Shown piece by piece: positions 1 through 12,650 of a DNA stretch of 64,000 nt. The notes under the pieces were generated by a model that was not told where the DNA came from, did not search any database, and saw only the letters and a list, made by a program, of their open reading frames with translations. A program made the translations under genes and the position numbers. How positions within the stretch are numbered: the first letter of the stretch is position 1; every line of letters begins with the position of its first letter. Source of the stretch: Owenia fusiformis (Eukaryota); contig CAIIXF020000001.1 in NCBI GenBank assembly GCA_903813345.2, positions 19,716,001 through 19,780,000 on the forward strand. The letters run 5' to 3'.

Positions 1-220
1 TTTCCATTCCATGTTTGTCTTATTAGATATTTGAACATAACTTCTTTTGTATAAGCATGGGCATTTCAACTGTTGAAAGCCCATATATGGTATAAGTTAC
101 TGAAAAAAGCTTTTAGACAAGGTTGTCTTTTTCCCAAGTCTTTCTACCTCCCGAAGAACACACCCGACAATCACTTAAAACGAATATCGGAGCGGTATGA
201 TTTCTTCCCTAAGTTACACA

Positions 221-724
221 CAGGCCTGTCAACTGTCCCGCAATTTGCGTATTTGTCACGCATTTGCTGAAGAATTTGAAGTCATGCCAGTTATTTTTGC
301 GTGACAGAAAATGTCACGCAAATACCCATTTTACCTGGTAATTGTCAAGCAAAAATATTTCTGTAGAAAAATTTCTAAAAAAGATTGTCTATACTACAGC
401 AAAAATACGAACGGCGGAAAAAAAATGTACGCATTTCGTTTGGACTTTTCACGTGAATTACGTATATGTCATGCATTCTGTTCGAAATGTTTGAAACGCG
501 AGCGTAGCGAGCGCGAAAAATTTGAGGTGTTCAAAATTTGGCAAGATGTAATAAAATTTAAACCAAGGTGTTCAAAATTTGGCAAGATGTAATAAAATTT
601 AAACCAAGGTGTTCAAAATTTGGATCAAGGTGTTCAGATTTGGACCAAGGTGTCCATATTTTGAGGGGAGGTGTTCAACATTTCCAAGTCACTCATGTTA
701 GGTGTTCCCAAGTTGACAGGCCTG
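221..724. mobile_element. Non-autonomous DNA transposon (hAT-like CAG ends, 6-bp TSD)
   Basis: 14-bp TIR CAGGCCTGTCAACT/AGTTGACAGGCCTG flanked by TACACA on both sides (215-220, 725-730). Internal 41-bp tandem duplication and repeated GGTGTTCA units. Confidence 0.8.
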
Positions 725-1110
725 TACACATTGGGCAAGGTTAGAAAAACACAAAAAGAAGAACACACTTAAACAAAATATCAATCAGTAAAGCTTACAA
801 TGAAAACAAATGTTATACTAATATAGCATCCCATATTTTCAATATGCAACTCTGCAGATGAAGCCAGTAGGAATTGAGGTATATAATTATTCATAATGGC
901 TCATATATAATCTCCACCCGAATGCAACCATAATGCCCTGGATATCTGAAGAATTCATATTTGCTGTTCAGATCCATCATGATAAATCAAGCCATCATCC
1001 TCTGGTGAAACAAAAAGATGCTATGATTATCAGAATGGTTCAGATCATGATGACCCCACTTTGTTTCCAATTACATCATATATCATTTAATAAAAGTAAT
1101 TCTGATTCTA

Positions 1111-1578
1111 CAGGGTGTCAAATAAATATGTTCTCCTCCCTCAACTTAAACATCCACAAAATGTTACATACAGTTGGGGACAAAAATAAATGACAGGTCG
1201 ATTTTCGATCACCATTTCCTAATTATGGTGGTCTGAAAGCCCATAATTTCCAATATTGTCTAGATACATATCCCTTAAAATTTGTATATTTTACATTTTG
1301 TATAATCTCATCCACTGATCTATGGCCTCTTGTAAATTCTCTTATTTTTAACATGGGAAATTCTCACTTCAGCAAATCCACCTGTCATTTATTTATGTCC
1401 CCAACTGTACCTGTTTTGTCTGTATGATATTTGAATTGTTCTTTAGCACATTAAAACTAGGCTTCATGTAGCAACTCTACAATAGGTTTCAAATGACTAG
1501 CTCAGCTTTGTGCACTTTTATGCATAAAAGTTCATAGTCTTGAAATCAAGGGGGAGAACATATTTATTTGACACCCTG
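1111..1578. mobile_element. Tc1/mariner-type MITE carrying a nested MITE
   Basis: TIR CAGGGTGTCAAATAAATATGTTCTCC/GGAGAACATATTTATTTGACACCCTG, with TA at the left end. A related copy without the insert is at 5293-5435. Confidence 0.8.
1171..1407. mobile_element. Nested Tc1/mariner-type MITE
   Basis: TIR CAGTTGGGGACAAAAATAAATGACAGG/CCTGTCATTTATTTATGTCCCCAACTG with TA TSD on both sides. Confidence 0.85.
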
Positions 1579-2926
1579 AATATATCCAAAATGCCTATGA
1601 CTTATAACGATCTACTGTAACAAGCTTGAAAAATACTCACATAGTAAGTGAATCAATTGGCTTTTTAAAAGCAAGTCAAGAAATACATATGAGATATCCT
1701 TTTTAATTTATAATCATACCGCTCATAATTTTCGAAGTTTCCTCAAGTTTTAGAAAACAACATTTCTTATCTATTTAAGTCTATTGATGGTGTAAGTCAT
1801 AGATCGCTTTGAATTAGGATCAGAATTACAGAGACTGTCAATTTTAAGTCGTTTGAAGAGACTTGTCACTTTTTGAGTTGCTTAAAAAATTATTTGAAGT
1901 CAGCATCGAGACCAGTATACATGTCATCCAAACACTTTTGCATGATCAGCAGAGCAGATTGACCTTTTCTCTAGTTCCAAGCCATTATTTATTAATTTGA
2001 TTTGACATTTTAATGTTTTTTTGTGAGGCATACACATCCAAGGTATAATTTCAAAGGGTTGATTGTTCTTTAATTATGTGACAAAAATAATAACTAGAAC
2101 CTTTTTCCACAAAATAAAAACTTTGGATGGATATGGTTTAAAAAAGATTTGAGATTGGTCTTTAAAAAGAGGAGAAACATTTACACCCTACCCCTCCCCC
2201 CATTTAAAGGGTAGGGGTAGGGGTAGGGTTAAATTAGAAATTAGAAAAATGAAATGCATAATATATGGGGTCCAAAAATATAGAATTTGTTTGTAAACAT
2301 ATGATAGAAAATAAAATATTACCTAAGAGTATTTTACTCAATTGTGAAATTTTAGGTTTTCCAAGATGTCATGGTCTTCCCTTTGTACATGCACTTTATT
2401 TAAAGCTTGAAACACCCATTTGTTTATTTTGCAAGTTGGATATTATTTCTAATTTTGGCATGTATTAATGTACTTCATACTGTGCAAATTAAATACAATG
2501 TCAATGGCTTACCACGCACTACACCCCCCATAATTACTATGTGTAGAAAGTGTAGAGTTACATAAGTAAATCCATAGGTGATCCAATCTTTAAGATATTT
2601 GCCAAAGTTTTCATTGAAAACCATGCTACATGTATGTATGTATGTAACATGTAATTATATTAGTGAAATCTTTAATGAGGAGGCGACCCAGAAATAAAAC
2701 CCATACTACTATATTTTTTCAAAAATAATTAAATCTATTTGGAATAAATGCAGTGGTCAATTGCCAACTTTTTGGATAGACTTACTAAAAAACTAAGAAA
2801 TTGACATTATGAACATGGCATAAGTGATTTGCTGAAATATCATATACTGTATATTCAATCAAATAATTACAGGAAGGTTGTTGTTTAATATTGTTTCATA
2901 ATTTACATATTCTCTTTATTTTACAG

Positions 2927-5900
2927 GGTCTGTCCATCAACCTTGTCTTCACAGCATTCATCATTTGTTTTGGGTCTTCATTCATCATCGGCTACAACAT
3001 AGGTGTCCTCAATCAGCCTGCCAATGTAAGTACATTTACACTATACCTAAATGTGTCATACCTACATTCGAGTGCCATCAAGGAAAATGGTATAAAATAT
3101 TTTCGCATGGAAAAATCTTGTCCAGTCAGTAGACTGTGTATTATTCTCACCGAGTTTTAGATATTTTTAGATAACCTTGCATTCTCAATGGTTGAAATTC
3201 AGTTCAATGGCAAAGTAACTTTGTATAATGACAAGGGTGTCGATCGAATCTAAATCAAGAGGCAAGATGTTGTTGTTTGCCTCATCACCCATAAGGCATT
3301 GATGACGTTAGATCAAGCAAAATCAACTTCTGGATCATCTGTATTAGACATCACGTTACTGTCAGCTATGCAAATAATTAGCTATAGCTAGTTTATTGTT
3401 TGTGCATCTTGAGATTAAAGAAAATTTAATTAGATGTTGTTGAAATGTTTAGAACACCCTCTGTTTTATTCTTGTTCTAGTTGATCCAAGATTTCTATAA
3501 CTACACATACAATTTTGACCGGCGTCCCGATGCAAACTATGGTGTTAATGGCACAGATAAACTTATATCACAGACAGCTCTGACAACGCTATGGAGTCTT
3601 TCCACGACATTCTTCCTCCTTGGAGGCATGCTGGGAAATATCTGTGTTGGATTTGTGGCAGAAAAGATTGGAAGGTAAGGGATGTTGGTGACTGATATAT
3701 GCCATTTAGTCTGATACATGTACACGTATATGAAGACTTGTTTTTGTAGGTTCGCATGTTGAGAATGTTTATGTAATTTTCATGATTATCATAATAACCA
3801 ATAAGTCATGAAATGGTTTTTACATTTTCATGTGAATATTCACCTGTCGTGGTAGAAATTAAGTTAGCATGCTAAAGGTTAAGTTCAACAACAACATAAT
3901 TTTATTAAATGTCGAAATGACAATTCTACATTTTGTGTTTCAATATTTTCAACCTCATGATGCTAACATGATTGAGAATAACGTTTAGCTACTTGTTGGA
4001 TCTTGGGTAATGGGTATGATCCACGAGATGCTTCCATTTATCATTTTAACAATTTGTGCACTATAGTTCTTATATTACACTTCATTTCATATTAAGGTCT
4101 ATTTTATAGAACTTATCCTAATTTTGTTTTCAGGAAATGGTCGATCATGGTGGCCCACATATTTGCATTTATTGGAAGTGCCATAATGACCCCAACCCTT
4201 GCGGCTAGATCTCCAGAGATGGTCATGATTGGACGGTTCTTCATTGGGATCAATTGTGGTGAGTCTTCAGTTTTAAAAGTGCCTCTTGGAGGTACAGTAA
4301 ATCCTGTCTAAGTGGAACATCTTTGGTACATAAAAGTGTTCCACTTGTGAGGTGTTCCACTTAAACAGGTTTATTTAATATCAAGTCAGTTGGTCTTGAA
4401 ACTCTGAAAAGTGTTCCACTAATAGAGGTGTTCCACTTCTAGAGGTGTTCCACCTCACAGGTTTCACTATACTACATTTCTGTATGAGTTAATCCAATAT
4501 TGGATAATTGTGAATCCAACATGAATTTGGCATGTATATAATGGATTCATCTGGTCCTACAATACTTTGGTCAGTCACTGCAAAACATTTCGTAACCTAG
4601 ATAAACAGAAAGGGATAAACACATGGAAATCCTAGAATGCCATATAGCATTTCCCATACAAAAGAAAAAAAGCTTTACATATACATGTACTATACATCTT
4701 TGTGGAACTGTTACTTTTGAAGTACTGGCAAAGAAGCAGCATCAATCTATTTTTAAAATACAGTTTAGCAACTATTCAATCTATTTTGTCGCCATCTATT
4801 TATACAAAAATAAAATATTTACATGCTGTACAATATATGTATTTGTACTTTGTAGGATTGTCAATGGGTCTTGCACCTATGTTTCTGTCTGAGATCACAC
4901 CAGTTAATCTGAGAGGAGCCTTTGGGACGTGTCATCAGCTTGCTATCACTATTGGAATATTCCTCTCTTCTGTATTTGGTCTAGAACAACTGTTAGGTGA
5001 GTTCAAAATATTGTTCATGTTGGTCCATCATTTAGTATAAGTGAAGGAATTTTTCATGTTATTTTGGGGGACTACTATGTACATCAGGGGAACAGAATCC
5101 GGTTTCAGCAATTAATTAGATTGATTGAACATACACAAGTATGTATTTGGGACAAAATTGATACATGTAATAATTGCTTAATAAACCATCAACAAATCCC
5201 ATGTTTGAGCAGTAATTTTGATATCCTTTGCCAGAGCTTGATTCATTTTTCTACATTCTAAGTTAGGGATAGTTTTTTGATCTTCACATATACAGGGTGT
5301 CAAATACCTATGTTCTCCCCCTTAGCTTTAACATCCACAATATGTTGCATAATGTCTTAGTCTGCATGATATCTGAATTGTTCTTTGGCACATTAAAACT
5401 AGACTTCATGGAACGACTCTTCATTTTACACCCTGTACATCCAAGCATAATAATAAGTTCAATGCACTGACATTAAAACTCCATAAATGCTACATTTGAG
5501 ATCAATAAGATCAAAATTTCATAACCATCTGTAACATTTAGAAGGTAGATCAGGCTAGCCAATGAGGATTCATGTTAATTCTGTTTTTCTGTTTTCATTT
5601 ATCCATGTTTTGATTTTGTTTCAGGAACGGTCAACAGGTGGCCCTATCTCCTCCTTTTGAACATTGTCCCAGCATTTGTCTCATTGGTCATTCTACCTTT
5701 CCTCCCAGAGAGCCCCAGATATCTGTTCCTTGCCAAGCGTCAGCAAGATCTAGCAAAGAAATGTAAGTTCATAAAAACGCTTGTATACAGGTTGTCTCAA
5801 AAAATGTACCCAAAAGTATATTGACAGCACAGATAAACCGATCAATATTTTCAGACATATTTTGCATTGCAAGTTTTCTCTCCAGTACAGGGTATTTAGT

Positions 5901-8900
5901 TCAGCCTTGCCTTTTGATACACCCTGTATAATCACGAAACAAATTGATTTTATTGTTACTATTATACTCGACCTTGGTATGCATTAATATGCAAGATCTT
6001 GTTTTGACTAAAGATAAACTTTATTTTAAATTCGTAAAATATATATTTTATTTAGTCTTGCTATAAAAGACCCTGTACTCCCCCCCTTTATCCTTCTCTC
6101 TAGGGTCTTGTAACCACCAGTAAGTTGACACTGATATGAATTATTCATGCTAGATGGTTATCTGTTAACTAGTGTCGTCGCGATGTGCCATAATCGTACA
6201 TCGGCAATTTTCAGTTGTAAACATCAATGCACATCGCGATGTACATCGAGAAAAAGTTAGAGAAAAGTGCACTGAAATACCGAACGCTAATGCACTAAAA
6301 TACCGAACAGAACAAATTAATAAGAGTACCTGGTACATCCGGGAACTTCTAGTAACGGTGAAATGAAAGTAATTTTTTTAGATTAATGGTTCATTTCGAC
6401 TAGCTAAAACAGTTTTAAAGCGAAAGAATATCAGAAAACATTGGAAAATGAAATAAGACATGAAAAAGGTAAGCGATGTTTTGTTTCAGACATCGATGCA
6501 TCGCCAGAATCAGCTTTGGCGATGTATATCGCGATGTATCGATTAATCGCGACAGCACTACTGTTAACACCTTTTGATCAGCCAATCAGATTCTTTGTTG
6601 TTCTTAGAGCAGCACATGGCTATGTTAGTAAACAGTTGCCTCTTCACTGCCAAGAAAATAGTTCCTCATACTTGCACTTATATTTCCATGATTTTATCTT
6701 GTGTATAGAAATACTTTTCTAAACTTAAATCCTTCTCTAAACAAAGGTTAAAAAGCATAAAATAAAAAGTATTACTAACTAAAACTCACTACTAGAAAGC
6801 ATGTCTGGTGTATTGATACATCAAATAGTTCCAACCTCATTAATAATTCATGATTTCCGGATCCATTTAGGAAGGTGGCAGCACCTGCATAAAATCAGTG
6901 GTTACAAGACTGTAAAGAGAGTGAAGGTGATGGGGGGGGGGGGGGGGTGGATACAGTCTTTGAGCAAGACTATATTTCATTGAAAGGCATTCTAAAATAA
7001 TCAAACATTTTTGCATAATTGCATACTTTTGACAATTGAGCTTGTTAATTTTAGCTCTGCAGTTCTACCGCAAGAGAGACAATGTAAGTGCAGAGATAGA
7101 AGAGATGGAGACAGAGGCCCATGCAGCTGCCAAGGTTGAAGCTTACAGTATGAAGAAGGTGTTAACAGATAAAAGTCTTCGTTGGCCTCTCATCATTTGT
7201 GTTGCTCTACAGGCTGCCCAGCAACTCTCGGGTATTAATGCTGTAAGTGATATTATTCTAAATGTTTTATTAAATTGATGAATTAATTTTTTTGTAAATT
7301 TTTTGTCTGACCCGGATACCCCCATTTAGGGCCAAAAAATCGCACCCCTTATTTGCCGGCCACGGCCCTGATATTATAGTTACAAATTATAACTAGTGAA
7401 ATCTGAGGTATGAGAGGAAAGAAATGCTAATTTACATTATGATAAAATGAAGATTCAGTTTTCAGGAACCGAACAAGATACATGTAAAAGATTCCAAAGG
7501 TGGTTTTGTAAGTTCCCAACATTCCAACACTGTTTTACTTTATTTCAGATATTCTTCTATTCTGGTAGTATCTTTGAGAATGCACAGGTTAAGGATATTC
7601 CCATGGCTGTCCTTGGAACAAATGCCGTCAATGTTGGCATGACAATCGTATCTGTAAGTACCAGACTACTTTCTTATTAAATATTACTACATGTCTTGAA
7701 ATTTTCAAGTAGCACACATTATAACGTCTTTATTATGTCACCATTAGAACATGTTTTTGTAATAGTACATAGAGTTAGAAAAGTTTGTTAATTAAATTAG
7801 AAAATAAATCACATTTGAAAACATATGCTTGACAACATTTAGGCACATATGGTATGCTTTGAAATAAAAACAAAATAAATCAAAAAACAATAGTAACTGT
7901 ATGCACAGAATAATTATGATTTAAGAGACACCACATAGAAACAGTACCCAAATAAGGAGTTACCAGTACATGTACCATGTACAGCAATTCCACATTTTGT
8001 TTTTTAAAGTATAGAATATGTATCACGTTGACATATTGTAAAGTTAGTACTGTACATGTGTTAAATAATTATATATTTTTTGTATTATTCATCCATTGTA
8101 ATCAATTTATTCCTATTGTTTTTTTCCATACAGGTACTTATCATGGACAAGCTTGGTCGCCGTGTACTCCTCATCTTCCCAATGGGTCTGATGATCTTCA
8201 CATGTATCCTTATAACCGTCTCCCTCAGTCTGCAGGTCAGTTTCCTTAGAACAAGGATTAAAGTCACATGTGTGTCAATGGACACTCCTCTATTTTTTTA
8301 ACAATTGATAACTGGTTTTTCAGAAAAATATTTAATTTACATTTTTAATGCAAAAAAGAGAGCTTTAAATACTTTTTTGTTGGCTATATTTTGTAATAGC
8401 TTACACAGTTTTTTTTACTAAATAATCCCAGTTCTGTAGTCAATCCCATATTATTATTGATTTGAAACATTTATTTGTATTTTATTTAGGACAAGGTGGC
8501 AGGTATGAGCTATGTGTCTATTGGATGTGTCATAGGTTATGTCATTGGATTTGCTGTAGGTCTAGGTAAGTTAGATCTATGCTTTGTGTATAATTTCTAA
8601 TTATTCCATGATAACAGAAACATAATTTGGATTTTTAAATATATTTGATAAAAAAAAGTCATACTTCGATATGCTGTACTCAGTTTGATAAAACTCAGTA
8701 GATAAAACTAATATCCCTCCATAAATGAAGAACATCCTGTAATAATGATTGGTCCATTGTTAGCGCATTTAGCTATTTCTAAGAAAATTCTTTTATATGC
8801 ATGTGTTAAATGAAGAGAAAATGAATAGACTAAATGCAAGTAGAAATAAACTTGATTTATGTCATTTAATATTCAAAATTCAGTCAAAGTGATGTCATAT

Positions 8901-9946
8901 TTGTACCTATTCGCATCTTAGTCATTCACCTGGCTTGGCAATGCCTCTAATACTTCTGATTTGTAATCAATAGGTATTTTTTACTTTTAGGACCTATACC
9001 TCTCATGATTGGAGCTGAGTTATTCAGACAAGGCCCCAGGCCCCAAGCTATGGCCCTTGGAGGCCTTATGAACTGGTTCTGTAATCTCCTCATTAGTATC
9101 TCCTTCCCCCTTATACAGGTGAGTGGTCAATTTCATTTATATCTGAGTAAAGTAAAACCTGCATATAGTGAACACCTATGGAGTCAAAGAAAAGTGTTCA
9201 CTGTAGGTAGGTGTTCACTACAGATTTTACACAGGAGTCAGTCAATGTAAAGTATGTCTTGACGTGGTGTTCACTAAAGACATGTGTTCACAATAAAGAG
9301 GTGTTTACTGAGACAGGTTTTACTGTATACTTTTCGTATGTATTACAGTGAAAATCTTGAGTTTGAAGAGTGATATGAAGAATTAAATGGAATCAGGCCA
9401 ATTTCATTCAGTCCTTTTCTCAACTTTTTCATTTAGAAATATTTTCTCATTGCATTTGTCAGGTGAATTTTGTAAACTGTGAAAGGAAAATCTTTACTTA
9501 TTCCTCATTTCCCCCTCATTTGTGCATTCCATGTCCTTGAATCAATATTACAGTTTAAATAACATCATTCCTTCAAAAATAATTTTCTTTGAATTACTAG
9601 GTGGGCCTTACTATCCAATGCCAGGTTACTCTTATCTATTTAATCTTACAGTTAATCCAGTGACATTATCTACATGTATTATATTTCATGCATGTTTTCT
9701 TTTATTTTTCAGGAATCTCTGAAGCAGTACACCTTCATTATCTTCATCATCCTTCTCACTCTTTTCCTCGTCTTTATCATATTTAAAGTTCCCGAAACCA
9801 AAAACCGGACAATTGAGGAAATCGCTAATGACTTTGCCCCTGATGGTGAACACATTGCTGTTGAGGAGGTGATGGATGATAATGCGGGAGGGAATGGTGA
9901 AATGATGCCACTTAAGTCTACTCAACCTGATGATGTGAAGGTTTAA
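2927..9946 (+). CDS. SLC2A1: SLC2A/GLUT family facilitated hexose transporter (MFS sugar porter); 11 exons, N-terminal exon not located
   Basis: GT-AG exons in continuous frame: 2927-3025, 3481-3674, 4134-4258, 4856-4996, 5625-5762, 7055-7242, 7549-7653, 8134-8235, 8490-8565, 8991-9118, 9713-9946 (1530 nt, 509 aa plus stop). Sugar-porter motifs present: GSSFIIGYNIGVLNQP, EKIGRK, GRFFIG, PMFLSEITPVNLRGAFG, PESPRYL, QQLSGINAIFFYS, DKLGRR, GPIPLMIGAELF, VPETKNRT. N-glycosylation sequons (NYT, NGT) lie in the first external loop. The symbol is family-level (GLUT1-like); one-to-one orthology is not established. Confidence 0.95.
4295..4469. mobile_element. TA-flanked MITE (GTGTTCCACT family)
   Basis: TA-CAGTAAATCCTGT...ACAGGTTTCACTA-TA with internal GGTGTTCCACTT repeats; same family as 20182-20976. 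Confidence 0.7.
5293..5435. mobile_element. Internally deleted copy of the 1111-1578 MITE
   Basis: TA-CAGGGTGTCAAATA...TTACACCCTG-TA; aligns to 1111-1170 and 1410-1480. Confidence 0.75.
5788..5926. mobile_element. Tc1/mariner-type MITE
   Basis: TA-CAGGTTGTCTCAAAA...TTTTGATACACCCTG-TA. Confidence 0.7.
6170..6560. mobile_element. hAT-type MITE
   Basis: Termini TAGTGTCGTCGCGAT/ATCGCGACAGCACTA, perfect 8-bp TSD CTGTTAAC, and CpG-rich subterminal ATCGCGAT motifs. Confidence 0.85.
9150..9325. mobile_element. TA-flanked MITE (GTGTTCACT family)
   Basis: TA-AAGTAAAACCTG...CAGGTTTTACTG-TA with internal GTGTTCACT repeats; related to 50370-50547. Confidence 0.7.
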
Positions 9947-12644
9947 TATCAGCATTATTTTAGGAAATTTAATTTTACAAAGTCTTAATGGTGTTTATGT
10001 ATACAAAGTGGGCTGCCATACATGTAGAGGTTCTAATGGGTTATTTGAATTAAATATCTTTAAAAAGATTACTTCACTTGGTCCCTTGGATTATGGGAGG
10101 GAATAAATAATGTACGAGATACGCGTATCTCATTTGAGTTGTTATGTAGTCTGATAGTGTATGAGAAAACGTAGAATGAAACAAACACATGTTTTCTTTA
10201 CAAATAACATGCTACGCTTACTTATTAAAAACATACGTTTGCTTCATTTTAGTATATGATTAATGAAAATATGTCACGTGGTATTTTTCTAAAGTAAAAT
10301 CAATTTATTTTGAATTCTATTTTAAATTGTTAGTACCACAAATACAGGTACTCTATATTACTTTGTAATTGGTGCCATTTTATTGAGCTTACAATTTTAA
10401 TCTATTTGTTAAAACATAGGGCCAAATTGTAACTTCAATTGTATTGAAGGAGGTACAGGGTGAGACACTATAGCTACAGGGTGATCTCATATGCTATGTT
10501 GTACATAAAATTTTACCATTTTGCATTATGTTCATTTAATAAGTTTATTGAGTCACCTTGTATGTCAGATACTGCCAGTTTTGTACTTTGATGATCCACC
10601 ATCTTTGGATTTTAGTAGTTCAGATTGTTAACTGCGTTCATACTTAGATTATATATGAGCCACACTACCAAACAAATCAAATGCATTTGGTTCAATAGTT
10701 ATGGAGTACATGTATTGTTATGGATTTTTTTATCTACCTCTTATTTAAGAGAGTTATGAATGTTACATAAGATTTATTACTTTCCTTGTTAAATCATTAC
10801 GCAACAGCTGTTTAATAATGTTCTATTTATTATTATTCTTTATTTCATAAGTGGGCATTGTTATATACCATACTGTAAATACTTCACTGTAAAGTATTAT
10901 ATAATTATGAAGCTGGCACATGTATGTTATTTATAATATAACTGCATGTATTGTGTCGTATGTGTCTCAATTAAAAACTGAATATGCTTATATAGAAAAT
11001 ACATAATATAATACTGTATGTAGAGAGTATACTATAATTCATGTTATATGCTACTGTATTTTTATGAAGTATTGACAAAAAAGTTATTATTGCTGTCTAT
11101 TATTGTTCTCTTCTTATCTTATTATGTCATCATGATTTCCATGGCAACAAGAGGATTTTTAGTCAAAAATATTTCGAATAGACACCAGGGGTGTATTTTA
11201 AATTATGGTATTTCTAGTACCATATAGCTACCGTTCATTCTGGCACTAAAACAAAATAATACATTAGCACCACACATACTGGTACTATACATCCAGTAGG
11301 TGGGTGTAGTTTTTAGTCACCGCATCAAATGCACAATACCTCAACTTTTGAAATACAATTGTAATGTGGATTGTAGAGAGTTTGTCTACACAATATACAA
11401 TAACTTGATTTAAACCATGACACATTTGTAAGGAAATAATAGATCTGATCTGTAGGCTGTGAGAACTGGAGAGGCTTGAATGAGCCATATTTACATTCAT
11501 GACATTGTATACACTGACTCAAGCATGCTATGACTTGCTGCATTAATTCAGAGTGAAAATCTATGGATATTATAATTCAGTTTATTTTTTGGTAGCCTAT
11601 GGTTGTAATTAATGATTTTAAAGAAAGAATACTGATGTTTCAGTGACTCAAATCAGTTATGATTGTCACAAAATATCATGAATATTGTCCCATAAACTCC
11701 AATCAATTTGTACATGTAGAAACGACAGTCTTTTATAAGCAATTGGTTTGATTAATCATTTTTACATTAGGATGTTATCCAATAGAATGGGGTCTTTCAT
11801 TTTTACGCATCACATCTTGTTTTCAAGTAATGTAACATCTGTGAGCGCAAAAACTTTGGTTTCTTGATATGAATCTCATTGTTAAACTGGAATGTATTCT
11901 ATTTGTAGTTTATTTGAAGTGTAGTCTTGCCCAAGTCTGTATTTTTTTACTTATCTGATCTTGAATTATTATCGCCTTGGCAGTCATTATAGAAATCAAG
12001 ATAAGTAAAAGAGACCTACCTAGGCAAGGTTATTTGAAGTGTTTCATGTACATATATATGATGTAAATAAGCCAGAGAGAATATATAGCATTGTATAGGG
12101 GGTGCTCTAAAGTTAGCGATAATGGTATAGAAAAATAATGCACATATTTACAGTGGCAGCTAAAGGAATGAATATTTACATTGTTTACTGTACATAAGTA
12201 ATAAATAAAGCTAATCTAAGTTTTGGAATTATGGAAAAATTGTAATTCAAGGGATGATCAATAAAAAATGGAAGTGACTATCTCAGAAAATATCAGATGT
12301 CATGAATTATGGTGATACATTTTAACATACATTTATAGTACTAACTAGAAGTAAGAAATTGAACAAGTTTAATGTGAGCAAGTTCACTTTCAGATTCTAG
12401 ATTCCAGCATTGTATCTCCAATATATTTCCTTGATTATGTAAAAGAGCCATTAAATTCAAGCCACTGAGATGCTATATTTCTGATGCATATGAAGGCCAC
12501 AATCATGATCCATAAAACATTTTGTAATACCATTTGTGCGTAATGTGAAATATACAGTACATTGTATATTATGTACATGATGGTTATGCCTAATGGGGCC
12601 ATTAGCTTGGCAAGAAATATGTATTTGATCTGTTAATATCTAGA

Positions 12645-12650
12645 AATAAA
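12645..12650 (+). other. Candidate distal polyadenylation signal of the GLUT gene
   Basis: AATAAA followed by a T-rich tract. An alternative proximal AATAAA is at 10102-10107. Confidence 0.3.

Noticed and set aside
73-1193. Short ORFs as the missing GLUT first exon
   Set aside because: They mostly lie in or overlap MITEs and have no convincing ATG plus phase-0 donor; the first exon is probably upstream of the window.
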